Assembly (NCBI GenBank): GCA_027064305.1
Contig: JAMOPY010000015.1
Location: 1-55,942 of the forward strand
Direction of reading: 5' to 3'
Source: Methanobacteriota archaeon
GTDB taxonomy: Archaea; JAADCQ01; Methanopyri; Methanopyrales; Methanopyraceae
Length of the DNA: 55,942 nucleotides
Of the stretch, positions 1 through 9,502 are shown piece by piece. Within the stretch, counting starts at the first letter, position 1. Every line of letters starts with the position of its first letter. The notes under the pieces were generated by a model. It was not told where the DNA came from. It did no database searches and saw nothing but the letters and a program-made list of their open reading frames with translations. A program made the position numbers and the translations under genes.

Positions 1-326
1 GAGCGGTACGATCACGACGTGTACGTGGACACGGAGGGGAACGTGCACCGGCGGGAGAAGGACCTGTCGCGTCGGAAGTTCGGAACCAGTCACCGGCTCG
101 CCGCGGACGAGATCGAGCGGTTGTTGGAGCTGTGCGATGAGGAGCCGGAGGTGATCGTGGTGGGTACGGGGCAGAACGGGGTGTTGACGGTGACGGATGA
201 GGCCAGGGAGTTCTGCGAGGAGCGTGGGATCGAGCTGGTGGACCTGCGGACGCCGGAGGCGATCGAGCGGTTCAACGAGTTGAAGGAGGAGGGCAAGCGG
301 GTCGCGGCGATTATCCACACGACGTG

Positions 327-330
<4 letters not shown>
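1..330 (+). CDS. Mth938-like (DUF498) domain protein, 5'-truncated by the window
   Basis: Frame open from base 1; PEVIVVGTG...[11 protein letters not shown]...AAIIHTTC is typical of the Mth938 family. Confidence 0.8.
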
Positions 331-1091
<761 letters not shown>

Positions 1092-1094
1092 GGG

Positions 1095-2882
1095 CTACAC
1101 CTCCCGCCCCACCTTGCGCTCGAACCGGTCGCGCATGTAAATGGCCAGGAAGTTCAGGCTCAGGGTCACGGCGACCAGGACCAGGGCGGCCGCGAAGGCC
1201 ACCTGCCTGGCCTCCGGGACCATGAGGTACTCCTTCGCTATTAGGTATATCCGGAACGCCAGCGCGTCCGTGGGCTGCAGCACGTGCACGAACGGGTTCG
1301 ACGTGACCAGCCCGATCATGACCGCGGTCAGGATGATCGGGGCCGCCTCCTCCGCGGCCCGGCACATGGACAGCGTGATGCCGGCGGTGATCCCCGGCTT
1401 GGCCATGGGCAGCAGCACGTCCTTCACGACGTGGTACCACGAGGCGCCCGCGCCGCGCGCCGCCTCGATGTACTCCCGGGGGACGGACCGGAAGGCCTCC
1501 TCCGCCGTCCGGACCACCACCGGCAGGTTCATCGTCGCCAGCGTGAGCGCGCCCGCGAGCACCGAGTAGCCCATCTTCATGTACACGACGAAGAGCGTCG
1601 CGCCGAACAGTCCGTACACGATCGACGGGACGCCCGCCAGCGTGTCGATCGCGAACCGGACCGCCTGCGTGAACCGGCTCTCGCCCGCGAAGTGCGCCAG
1701 GTAGAGGGCCGTCGGCACGCCGACCAGCACCGCGAACACCGTGGAGTAGAACATCAGCGCCAGCGTGCCCAGCAGCGCCGGGTACAGCGCGCTGTGCACC
1801 GGGTCCCCGATGTGCACCGGCCCGAACAGGACGTTCCAGTCGAGCGCCCGGACCCCGTTCACGAAGATGTACCCGGTGATGCCCACCAGCGCGCCCGCCG
1901 CGATCACACCCGCCGCGATCATGAGCCCCGTCATGAGCCGGCTTACGAGCACCGGGTTCAGTCGTCCACCTTTCACCCGACGCTTCCGGGGCCGGCCGGG
2001 GCGCCTCCGCACCCGGTGCGCGGCCACGATGACCGCGGTGACCATCAGCATCAGGATCAGTCCGGCGAAGTACAGCGCGTAGTACCCCGGGGAGCCCACG
2101 GGCAGGACCGTCGCCTGCAGGAGGATGTGCGCCGAGAGCGGTCGGCACGGGTCCAGCGGGGACTTCGGGATCATCAGCGCGCCGCCGGAGACCAGCGCGA
2201 CCGCGACCGTCTCACCCATGGCGCGCAGCGTGCCCAGCATGCCGCCCGACGCGATCCCGGAGAGGGCGGCCGGCCACAGGACGGTCCGTACGACCTGCCA
2301 CCGGGTGGCTCCCATGCCCCGCGCGGCCTCCACGTACTCGCGCGGGACCGAGCGAATGGCCTCCATCATTACGCTGGTCATGTACGGCAGGATCATGATC
2401 GCGACGATGATGCCGGCGACCAGGACCGAGTAGCCCGAGGGCGAGCCCAGGTAGTACCGCGCGAACGGGACCAGGGTGAGGATGCCGAACAGTCCGTACA
2501 CGACCGAGGGAATCCCGGCGAGCATGTCGATGGCCGGCCGGAGCGTGCGCCTCAGGAACGTCGGGGCGAACTCCGCCAGGTACGTGGCGCAGAGGAGCGA
2601 GATCGGGAAGGCGATCGCCACGGAGATCGCGGTAACGTACAGGGTTGAGATAATCATCGGCAGCAGTCCGAGCTTGGGCGGGGTCGACTCCGGGTCCCAG
2701 GTCGTCCCCAGCAGGATCTGACCCAGCGAGTTGAACTGCAGCGCCTTCACGCCGTTCACGGTCAGGAAGAAGTAGATTCCCACCACCGCGGCGATGGACA
2801 GCGCCGCCGCGATCGTGAGGGAGGTGAGCATCCGGCGCGTCGTCTGCGCCTGCCTCACGGTTACCTCTCGCAGCGCGACCAC
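1095..2882 (-). CDS. pstCA: Phosphate ABC transporter permease, PstC-PstA fusion
   Basis: Two tandem permease halves, each with LAG(I/V)PS(V/I)VYGLFG and an EAA loop (EAARGMGA, EAARGAGA), joined by a basic linker. Confidence 0.9.
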   Translation of the reverse strand: MVALREVTVRQAQTTRRMLTSLTIAAALSIAAVVGIYFFLTVNGVKALQFNSLGQILLGTTWDPESTPPKLGLLPMIISTLYVTAISVAIAFPISLLCATYLAEFAPTFLRRTLRPAIDMLAGIPSVVYGLFGILTLVPFARYYLGSPSGYSVLVAGIIVAIMILPYMTSVMMEAIRSVPREYVEAARGMGATRWQVVRTVLWPAALSGIASGGMLGTLRAMGETVAVALVSGGALMIPKSPLDPCRPLSAHILLQATVLPVGSPGYYALYFAGLILMLMVTAVIVAAHRVRRRPGRPRKRRVKGGRLNPVLVSRLMTGLMIAAGVIAAGALVGITGYIFVNGVRALDWNVLFGPVHIGDPVHSALYPALLGTLALMFYSTVFAVLVGVPTALYLAHFAGESRFTQAVRFAIDTLAGVPSIVYGLFGATLFVVYMKMGYSVLAGALTLATMNLPVVVRTAEEAFRSVPREYIEAARGAGASWYHVVKDVLLPMAKPGITAGITLSMCRAAEEAAPIILTAVMIGLVTSNPFVHVLQPTDALAFRIYLIAKEYLMVPEARQVAFAAALVLVAVTLSLNFLAIYMRDRFERKVGREV

Positions 2883-2888
2883 CCCCGC

Positions 2889-2911
2889 AACGTTAGCCGT
2901 TGTCTAACGAT
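2889..2911. repeat. Dispersed intergenic palindrome, copy 1 (degenerate)
   Basis: AACGTTAGC-CGTTG-TCTAACGAT followed by AGG; same 9-5-9 geometry as the other five copies. Confidence 0.6.
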
Positions 2912-2947
2912 AGGCCGAACCGCGATGGAGCACTCACCCGCCGCTCG

Positions 2948-2953
2948 AAAAAA
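2948..2953 (-). terminator. Oligo-T terminator candidate after pstS
   Basis: TTTTTT on the minus strand about 20 nt after the pstS stop, in very GC-rich DNA. Confidence 0.55.
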
Positions 2954-2973
2954 TGGTGGGTGGTGAGGGGGGT

Positions 2974-3948
2974 CTATACCAGGGGCTTGATCTCCACGTA
3001 CGGCTTCTTCATGAACAGCGGCGCGCTCGGTGGTACCGGCACGTAGCCCAGCTTCTCCGCGATCTTCTTGTTAACGTCCGGCTTCCGGACCCACTTGATC
3101 AGCGCGATCGCCGTCTTCGGCGCGCTGGACCGGTCGATGATCAGGTACTCGGCCCGCGTCAGCGGGTACTTCTTCGACTGGATCGTGCTCTTGTTCGCCT
3201 CGATCCCGTTCACCTTCAGCGGCTTGACCTGGCCCGGTACCTTCTTCTCCTTCTGCGCCTTCACGACGTACACGTAGTCCACGTAGCCGATCGCGTACGG
3301 CGTTTTCTCCACCTTCTCCAGCACCTCCGCGTTGGAACCGCACAGGATCGCGTCCTTCCGGTAGTCCTTCAGGTTCAGGTACTTGTCGAACGTCGCCCGC
3401 GTGCCCGAACCCTTCGCTCGACCGATCACGATGATCCGCTTGTGCGGCAACCCCGGCTTCACCTGGTCCCAGTACTGGATCTTGCCCTCGTAGATCGCCT
3501 TGAGCGTCTTCACGTCGATGTTGTCCAGCTGACCCAGCGTCTTCCCGTTCACGATCGGCACGATGCCGGACATCACTACCGGGCACATCACCGGGTCGCT
3601 CAGCTGCTGCGCCTCCTCCGGCTTGATCGGTCGCGAGGCCATCGCGATGTCGAACGACCCGTCGATCAGACCCTTGATACCCGCGCCCGAGCCACCGTCC
3701 GTGACCATCAGCTGCACCGGCTCGTTCGGCAGCCCGTGCACTCCCACTTGATCACCCAGCTGCTTCCAGGTCAGGTGCTGCTTCTCTCCGACCTCGCCTG
3801 CCACCTTCATCATGAACGGCATGAGGCTCGTTGAGCCGCCGATCTTCAGCTGCGTCTTCACCTGCGACGCCGAGTAATAATAAGCCACGCCGCCACCGAT
3901 CGCCGCCACGACGGCGACCGCGATCGCGACCGCGACGGACTTCCTCAT
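2974..3948 (-). CDS. pstS: Phosphate ABC transporter substrate-binding protein
   Basis: True start MRKSVAVAIAVAVV (signal/anchor) at 3948; GGSTS, GGSGAGI, DIAMASRP, GSGTR, AIGYV, YPLTR motifs. Confidence 0.92.
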   Translation of the reverse strand: MRKSVAVAIAVAVVAAIGGGVAYYYSASQVKTQLKIGGSTSLMPFMMKVAGEVGEKQHLTWKQLGDQVGVHGLPNEPVQLMVTDGGSGAGIKGLIDGSFDIAMASRPIKPEEAQQLSDPVMCPVVMSGIVPIVNGKTLGQLDNIDVKTLKAIYEGKIQYWDQVKPGLPHKRIIVIGRAKGSGTRATFDKYLNLKDYRKDAILCGSNAEVLEKVEKTPYAIGYVDYVYVVKAQKEKKVPGQVKPLKVNGIEANKSTIQSKKYPLTRAEYLIIDRSSAPKTAIALIKWVRKPDVNKKIAEKLGYVPVPPSAPLFMKKPYVEIKPLV

Positions 3949-3980
3949 GCGCCTCCCCCCGGCCCCGCATCCCCCCTCCG

Positions 3981-3995
3981 TTTTATAAGGATAAC
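3981..3995 (-). promoter_or_regulatory. TATA box for pstS
   Basis: CCTTATAAAA on the minus strand about 33-42 nt upstream of the ATG. Confidence 0.55.
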
Positions 3996-4039
3996 GGAGC
4001 GGGACATCGAGTTCACATGATAGGAAGAGGGGTTCCCGA

Positions 4040-4912
4040 TTGAAGCACTGCCGCGTCTGCGGGATCCCGGCCCGCGTGGAGGGGGTGGAGCTGGACGAGG
4101 ACGGCGTCTGCCGGGCCTGCCGGCGCCAGCTTCCCCACCTACCGGACCCGGGAGAGCTGCGCGAGCGCACGATCAAGGAGCTGAAATCCTGCGATCGGGT
4201 GGCCGTGGCCGCCTCCGGAGGTCTCGACAGCCTCGCCGCGCTCGCCCTCGCCGCCCGCCATTGCCGCGAGGTCGTGATGCTCACGGTCGACACCGGCACC
4301 CTCCACCCGGAGGCCTGGCGGCGCCTGCACCTCGCCCGCCGCCGGCTCGACGTGGAGTGGCGCGTGGTGGGGGACGTGGACCCCTTCCTCCGGCTCTTCG
4401 AGCGCCGGCTCCCGAGGGCCCAGTCCCCCTGCGGCCCCTGCTCTCGGATGATCGAGCGCCGGTGCGTGCGGGCCGCCCGGAGGCTCGGCGTTGACGCTCT
4501 CGTGACCGGGCACGAGCTCCCGCACGGAACCGACCCGGTCGTCCCGAAGGACCCGCCCGTGATCCGCGCCATGTGCGGGTGGACGGAGCGGGAGAGGTGG
4601 GAGCTGGTTAGGGAGGAGCTCGGGATGGAACCGAAGAAGCTGGCCGGTTACACGTCCAACTGCGTCGTACTACCCTTCGCGCTCCGACGCTTCCACGAGG
4701 AGCACGGTTACAGCTTCGAGGCGCCCCGGCTCGCCGCCATGGTTCGGCTCGGTTACCTCGGCAAGCGGGAGATGTGGCGGAGGCTCGAGCCGCCCGGTGA
4801 GGAGGAGTTGAGGGGACTGCTGGAGGAATGCCGGGGCTGGATCCCGAGGCGGCTGGAACGGGTGCTGCGGGAGACGTTGCGTTCAGCCGGTGGGCCCGGA
4901 AGTGGGGGATGA
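4040..4912 (+). CDS. PP-loop (N-type ATP pyrophosphatase) superfamily protein with N-terminal Cys motifs
   Basis: CRVC...CRAC, VAASGGLDS, CGPC, LVTGHE, GYTSNC. Confidence 0.8.
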   Translation: MKHCRVCGIPARVEGVELDEDGVCRACRRQLPHLPDPGELRERTIKELKSCDRVAVAASGGLDSLAALALAARHCREVVMLTVDTGTLHPEAWRRLHLARRRLDVEWRVVGDVDPFLRLFERRLPRAQSPCGPCSRMIERRCVRAARRLGVDALVTGHELPHGTDPVVPKDPPVIRAMCGWTERERWELVREELGMEPKKLAGYTSNCVVLPFALRRFHEEHGYSFEAPRLAAMVRLGYLGKREMWRRLEPPGEEELRGLLEECRGWIPRRLERVLRETLRSAGGPGSGG

Positions 4913-5739
4913 CCAGCCTAAGGCGGCTCCTGAACCTGCTCAGGGAGCGGCTGGGTGGGCGGCGCGTCCACCTGATGCTCTCCGGCGGTCAGGACAGCGC
5001 CGTCGCGGCCCGCGTCCTTCGGCTCGCCGGGCTCGAGGTGGTCGCCGTGCACGTGACCCACCGCTGGACGTGGCCCACCCCGGGGCTCGAGGCGCGGCGG
5101 ATGGCCCGCCGCCTCGGGCTCAGGCTGCGCGTCGTCGACGTCACGGACCGGCTGCTCGAGCGCCTTCCCGGGGCCAAGGGTCGGTCGGTGTGCAGGATCT
5201 GCAAGCACGCGATGATCGAGGCGGTGCTCGAGGAGCTGGGGCCGGAGGTGTTGGCCACGGGCGAGTGCGGGCTCGACACGATCGCCGGGGCGGTCCTGGA
5301 CCTCGCCCGGAGGACCGGCGAGGAGCCGGAGTTCGTCCAGGTGCCGAAGCGGTTCTTTGGGGGCGAGACGCTCGTCGTCCGGCCTCTCATCCGGCTGCAC
5401 GAGCGGGACGTGCTCCGGCTGGCCGAGAGGCTGAACGTCCGGGTACGCAGGGTCGGGGAGACGGGGGACCTCAGGCGCGGGCGGCGCGAGGGGTGCCCGC
5501 TGCAGCACCTGGACCCCGAGGTGACGGTCACGGAGGAGTTGCTGGAGGAGGTCTGGCGGGTCAACCTCGCGGCCCTGCGCGCCGCCCGCCGGCTCGGCCG
5601 CCGGGTCGCGGTCAAGTGGCCCTCGTTTCGGCTCCTCCTCCCGGGATCCGGGGAGTGCGAGCGGAGGCTGGTGGCGGAGCGCGCCTGGGGGGAGGCGGTC
5701 CGGTCCGGATCCTCGGCTCGGCTCGGGAAAGATACTTAA
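4909..5739 (+). CDS. PP-loop superfamily ATPase
   Basis: ATGA overlap with the previous stop; LMLSGGQDS, CRICK, VVRPL. Confidence 0.78.
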   Translation: MTSLRRLLNLLRERLGGRRVHLMLSGGQDSAVAARVLRLAGLEVVAVHVTHRWTWPTPGLEARRMARRLGLRLRVVDVTDRLLERLPGAKGRSVCRICKHAMIEAVLEELGPEVLATGECGLDTIAGAVLDLARRTGEEPEFVQVPKRFFGGETLVVRPLIRLHERDVLRLAERLNVRVRRVGETGDLRRGRREGCPLQHLDPEVTVTEELLEEVWRVNLAALRAARRLGRRVAVKWPSFRLLLPGSGECERRLVAERAWGEAVRSGSSARLGKDT

Positions 5740-5759
5740 CGGTGTTAGGGCAACCTAAC
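5727..5759 (+). promoter_or_regulatory. BRE/TATA followed by a DtxR/MntR-type palindromic operator
   Basis: GAAAGATACTTAAC, then perfect GTTAGG-GCAA-CCTAAC at 5744-5759. Confidence 0.75.
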
Positions 5760-5775
5760 GGCGGGGTGATCGAAG

Positions 5776-6186
5776 ATGGCCCGGTACCGGTACGTCGGAC
5801 CCTGCCGGTGCGGGTTCGGACCGCACGCGTTCTACGAGGACACGGAGACGGGAGAGATCAAGCACGCCTGGGAGATCCTGGGAGAGAAGGGAGTCCCCGT
5901 GCCGCCGGCGTGGCCCGGTGGCTGGCGCGGAGGACCGGGATGGAGAGGCGGTTGGGGCGGCGGCTGGTGGTGGGCGGCGATGACGGACGAGGAGACGCGG
6001 GAGAAGATGATCGAGGCCATGCGGAAGGCCTTCGGCGAGGACTTCGCCGAGACCATGAAGGAGCTCGCGGAGAGCTTCAGCAGGGCGGCCGCCGGCGAGG
6101 TCGAGAGGGACGAGCTCAGGGAGCTGCGGAAGAAGCTTGAGGAGCTGGAGAGGAAGCTTGAGGAGCTAAGCAAGGACGAGGACTAA
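5776..6186 (+). CDS. Small protein with CxC/His motif, Gly/Trp-rich segment and C-terminal coiled coil (DUF5320-like)
   Basis: RBS GGGGTGA; GPCRCGFGPHAFY, GGWRGGPGWRGGWGGGWWW, ELRELRKKLEELERKLEEL. Confidence 0.65.
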   Translation: MARYRYVGPCRCGFGPHAFYEDTETGEIKHAWEILGEKGVPVPPAWPGGWRGGPGWRGGWGGGWWWAAMTDEETREKMIEAMRKAFGEDFAETMKELAESFSRAAAGEVERDELRELRKKLEELERKLEELSKDED

Positions 6187-6200
6187 GGGGACGGTCGGGC

Positions 6201-6446
6201 GTGCCCGCCGCCACCCGGAGCGGCGTGAAGGTCTTCCGGTGCTCGAGGTGCGGTGAGCTCATCGAGGTGCCCTACGGCGCGCCCAAGCCGGCCAGCTGCC
6301 CTAACTGCGGCGCTCCGGCCGTCTTCATCCACCGCGTGAACCCGGGCCCGGGTACCTGGGGAGGTTACGCGGGCATCGGTCGCGGGATGGGCCGCGGTGG
6401 GCCGGGACGCGGTGGCCCCAGGCGCGGTCGCGGGGGTCCGTGGTAG
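6201..6446 (+). CDS. Small Zn-ribbon protein with RGG-rich tail
   Basis: CSRC...CPNC; tail GRGMGRGGPGRGGPRRGRGG. Confidence 0.65.
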   Translation: MPAATRSGVKVFRCSRCGELIEVPYGAPKPASCPNCGAPAVFIHRVNPGPGTWGGYAGIGRGMGRGGPGRGGPRRGRGGPW

Positions 6447-6776
6447 GTGCGCGTGGCGGTGATGGTCGAGGGCGACGGCGTCTCGGCCCGGTTCGCCCGC
6501 GCCCCGGAGATCCGGGTGTACGAGGTCGAGGGCGACGAGGTCGAGCTCGTGGAGTCCCGGGAGAACCCGGCGGCCGGTCTGCCCCGAGGGGCCGGTCGGC
6601 AGATCGTCGGTGTGCTCGCCCAGCTCGACGTGGACGCGACCGTCGCCGGCCGGTACGGGCCCAACGCCCTCCAGGGGCTGAAGGCTCAGGGTATCAAGGC
6701 CTACATCGCCGAGCCCGGCACGGACCCGGAGGAGGCCGCGCTTAAGGCGGCCCGAGGCGAGCTGCCCGAGGGATGA
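6447..6776 (+). CDS. NifB/NifX family (dinitrogenase FeMo-cofactor-like, COG1433) protein
   Basis: MRVAV...VSARFARAP...ENP...GAG...GRYGPNALQGLKAQGIK. Confidence 0.85.
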   Translation: MRVAVMVEGDGVSARFARAPEIRVYEVEGDEVELVESRENPAAGLPRGAGRQIVGVLAQLDVDATVAGRYGPNALQGLKAQGIKAYIAEPGTDPEEAALKAARGELPEG

Positions 6777-6779
6777 CGG

Positions 6780-7577
6780 TTGAGGCTCGCGGTGACCGGC
6801 GGCAAGGGCGGCGTGGGCAAGACGACGATCGCGGCGCACGCGCACCGGCTGTTGGGCTGGACCACCGTGGACCTGGACGTCACCACGCCCAACCTGCACC
6901 TATACCTGGACTGCGAGGAGGAGGCCCGGAGTAGGGTATGCCTGATCGGCCCCGAGGTCGACCCGGACCGGTGCACGCTGTGCGGCGAGTGCGCCCGGGT
7001 CTGCCACTCGGGTGCCGTGATCGTGGGCCGGTCTTGGGACCTGGACCCGGGCCTGTGCCACGGGTGCGGCCTGTGCCTGGATGCCTGCCCGCGGGACGCC
7101 CTAACGCCCCGGGAGATCGAGATCGGTGAGGTGCGCGAGTACCGGGTGCGGGAGACGGGGGCCCGGCTTCTCTCCGGCCGGCTTAACGTCGGGGACCGCC
7201 GCTCCCGGCACCTCGTGCGTCACCTGCTGGACCACACCGAGGATCGACCTCGGCTTCTGCTGGACACCCCCGCGGGCGCCGGGAAGGAGGTGTACGACGT
7301 CCTCAGGGCCGTCGACGCCGCGCTCGTCGTCACGCAGCCCACGCCCGCCGCGCTCCGGGACCTGCGTCGCCTACTTCGGGTGATCCGGGTCGCGCGCGTG
7401 CCGCACGTCGTGCTGATTAACCAGGCGGACCTCTCCGAGCGTTGGACGAGGCGGGTCGAGCGGGAGGTTGAGGTCCCCACGTGGAGGGCGCCCCGGGTGG
7501 ATGACCCGCTGGGGTCCGACGAGCTGCGCGACGTCGTCCGGGAGGCCCTGGACGGGCTGAGGGAGGAGGCCGCTTGA
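6780..7577 (+). CDS. MinD/Mrp-like P-loop ATPase with inserted ferredoxin domain (COG1149)
   Basis: GGKGGVGKTT, DLDVTTPNLHL, CTLCGECARVC, CHGCGLCLDACP, DTPAG. Confidence 0.88.
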   Translation: MRLAVTGGKGGVGKTTIAAHAHRLLGWTTVDLDVTTPNLHLYLDCEEEARSRVCLIGPEVDPDRCTLCGECARVCHSGAVIVGRSWDLDPGLCHGCGLCLDACPRDALTPREIEIGEVREYRVRETGARLLSGRLNVGDRRSRHLVRHLLDHTEDRPRLLLDTPAGAGKEVYDVLRAVDAALVVTQPTPAALRDLRRLLRVIRVARVPHVVLINQADLSERWTRRVEREVEVPTWRAPRVDDPLGSDELRDVVREALDGLREEAA

Positions 7578-8341
7578 GGATCGCCGTCCTGGGCGGGAAG
7601 GGCGGCGTCGGGAAGACGGTGCTCTCCATCGCGCTCGCGAGCGAGCTGGGGGCCGTGCTCGTGGACGCCGACGTTACCGAGCCCGACACGCCCGCCTACC
7701 TGAACCTCGAGCGGGAGCGGGACGTCACCGAGGTGAGGGCGCGGTACGCGGTCCGGACTGACGGCTGCGCCGGGTGCGAGCGGTGCCTGGAGGTCTGCCC
7801 CTGGCGGGCCGTGGACGACCCGATCGCCTGCGACGGGTGCGGGGCGTGCGCGATCGCCTGTCCCGAGGACGCGATCGAGCTCCGCGAGACCGAGCTGGGA
7901 CGCATCGCCGAGTCCCGGGAGCCCGAGCTGGGACTTCGCGTCGTGCACCCGGAGACCGAGCCCTGGGCCCCGGAGCTCGCCGACATCGTCCATCGGATGA
8001 TCCCGGAGGATGAGGACTGCGTGATCGACTGCCCGGCCGGCCTGGGGTGCCCCGTGATCGCCGCGCTCAGTGCCGCCGACGCGGCGGTGCTCGTGACCTC
8101 ACCCGACCCCGCCGCCCTCCACGACTACCGTCGCGCCGAGGCCCTGACCCGCGAGTTCGGCCTGCCCGCCGTCCGGGTGCTGAACCGGGCCGGCTCCGAC
8201 GAGCGTGAGGGGTTCGACGTGGTCATCCCGGAGGACGAGCGGGTGCTGCGGGCGGCGCTGGATCGGGACCCAGGTGGGCTGGTCCACGCCCTGAGGGAGC
8301 CCGCGCGGAGGGTCGCCGAGCTGCTCCCGGACGGGGGTTAG
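7574..8341 (+). CDS. Second MinD-like P-loop ATPase with ferredoxin domain (COG1149)
   Basis: GGKGGVGKT, DADV, CAGCERCLEVCP, CDGCGACAIACP, DCPAGLGCPVIA. Confidence 0.88.
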   Translation: MRIAVLGGKGGVGKTVLSIALASELGAVLVDADVTEPDTPAYLNLERERDVTEVRARYAVRTDGCAGCERCLEVCPWRAVDDPIACDGCGACAIACPEDAIELRETELGRIAESREPELGLRVVHPETEPWAPELADIVHRMIPEDEDCVIDCPAGLGCPVIAALSAADAAVLVTSPDPAALHDYRRAEALTREFGLPAVRVLNRAGSDEREGFDVVIPEDERVLRAALDRDPGGLVHALREPARRVAELLPDGG

Positions 8342-8370
8342 CGTCCGAGGTCGTCGGGGACGCTCTCGGT

Positions 8371-9423
8371 CTAGTTCTCCCCGAGATCCCGGACCACGCC
8401 GACCGCGGCCGGTTCGGTCCCCACGGTCAGCAGGAACCGGTCGCCCGGTTCCGCCACGACCTCACGGTCCAGCCGGAGCCTAGCCCGGGCCACGTTGTGC
8501 CCCTCCGCGTAGGGTCGGAGCGTGTCCGTGCCCGCGTCCGTCTCGATCTCGGTGAACCGAGCGTTCGCGGCGGCCGAGAGCACGTGCACCTTCACCATGC
8601 TGCCCGGTCGGAGCTTCGCCCCGATGGATAGTACCTCCGCCTCCAGCGACTCGGTCGTCGTCAGGTCCTCCCCCAGGTGCATGCCCCGGGTCACCGAGAC
8701 GTCCTCATCCACCCTCAGCCTGGCCCGGAAGGGCACGCCCGGCCGGGGCTCGGGGTCGAGCTCTACCACCTCCGCCTCCTCTCCGCCCGGGTAGACGCGG
8801 ACGGTGCCACCGAGGCGGCCGCGGTCCAGCACGCAGAACGCGTCCACGAGCCTGTCCTCCACCCGCCGGGTCGACTCGATGGGGGCCCGGGGCGGGCCCT
8901 CGGGCTCGGGTCGCGGGGGCTCCTCGAGCCCGGCCAGCGCGTCCAGGAGCTCCTCGGCTCCCTCCCCGGTCTTCGCCGAGACGAGGATTGGTTCGCACAC
9001 GGTCTCCGCGCCCAGCAGGTCGAGCAGTTCCGTGGCGTCCTCGGCCACCTTCCGCGCGCGCTCGTCGCTCACCAGGTCGACCTTGTTCACGACCGGGACG
9101 ATCCTGGCCCCGTAGAACGAGACGATGAGCGCGTGGTCGATGGTGCCGGGGCACGGGCCCTCGTCGGCCGCGATGACGAGGATCGCGTAGTCCGCGCTCC
9201 AGGCGGCGGCCAGCATGTTGCGGATGTAGTCCCGGTGCCCCGGCACGTCCACCAGGGAGATCGTCGTTCCCTCCAGCTTCAGGAAGGCCCGCGCTGGTTC
9301 GATGGTCACTCCCATCTTCCGCTCGTGGGGTAGTCGGTCCAGCCACTCCCCCGTGAGGGCCTTGATTAGCGTCGTTTTACCGTGGTTGAAGTGTCCGCAG
9401 ACGACCACGTTGACCAGCCTCAT
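8371..9423 (-). CDS. SelB/EF-Tu-like translational GTPase (short form)
   Basis: GHFNHGKTT, ERKMGVTIE, DVPGH, NKVD, VSAK; two C-terminal beta-barrel-like regions; only 350 aa. Confidence 0.75.
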   Translation of the reverse strand: MRLVNVVVCGHFNHGKTTLIKALTGEWLDRLPHERKMGVTIEPARAFLKLEGTTISLVDVPGHRDYIRNMLAAAWSADYAILVIAADEGPCPGTIDHALIVSFYGARIVPVVNKVDLVSDERARKVAEDATELLDLLGAETVCEPILVSAKTGEGAEELLDALAGLEEPPRPEPEGPPRAPIESTRRVEDRLVDAFCVLDRGRLGGTVRVYPGGEEAEVVELDPEPRPGVPFRARLRVDEDVSVTRGMHLGEDLTTTESLEAEVLSIGAKLRPGSMVKVHVLSAAANARFTEIETDAGTDTLRPYAEGHNVARARLRLDREVVAEPGDRFLLTVGTEPAAVGVVRDLGEN

Positions 9424-9457
9424 GCGAGGCCCTCCCCGGTTCGCCGCGCGACCGGGT

Positions 9458-9480
9458 TTCGTTATGGTGGTCGTAACGAT
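9458..9480. repeat. Dispersed intergenic palindrome, copy 2
   Basis: TTCGTTATG-GTGGT-CGTAACGAT followed by TGG. Confidence 0.8.
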
Positions 9481-9502
9481 TGGTCGGGGGGCGTTGGGGG
9501 GC

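Noticed and set aside
2891-2909. CGTTAG-N7-CTAACG as a fourth DtxR-type box
   Set aside because: The spacing is wrong for TTAGG-N4-CCTAA; it fits the 9-5-9 palindrome family instead
8371-9502. Selenoprotein genes, SECIS or tRNA-Sec near the SelB-like GTPase
   Set aside because: No convincing in-frame UGA readthrough, SECIS hairpin or tRNA cloverleaf was found by eye
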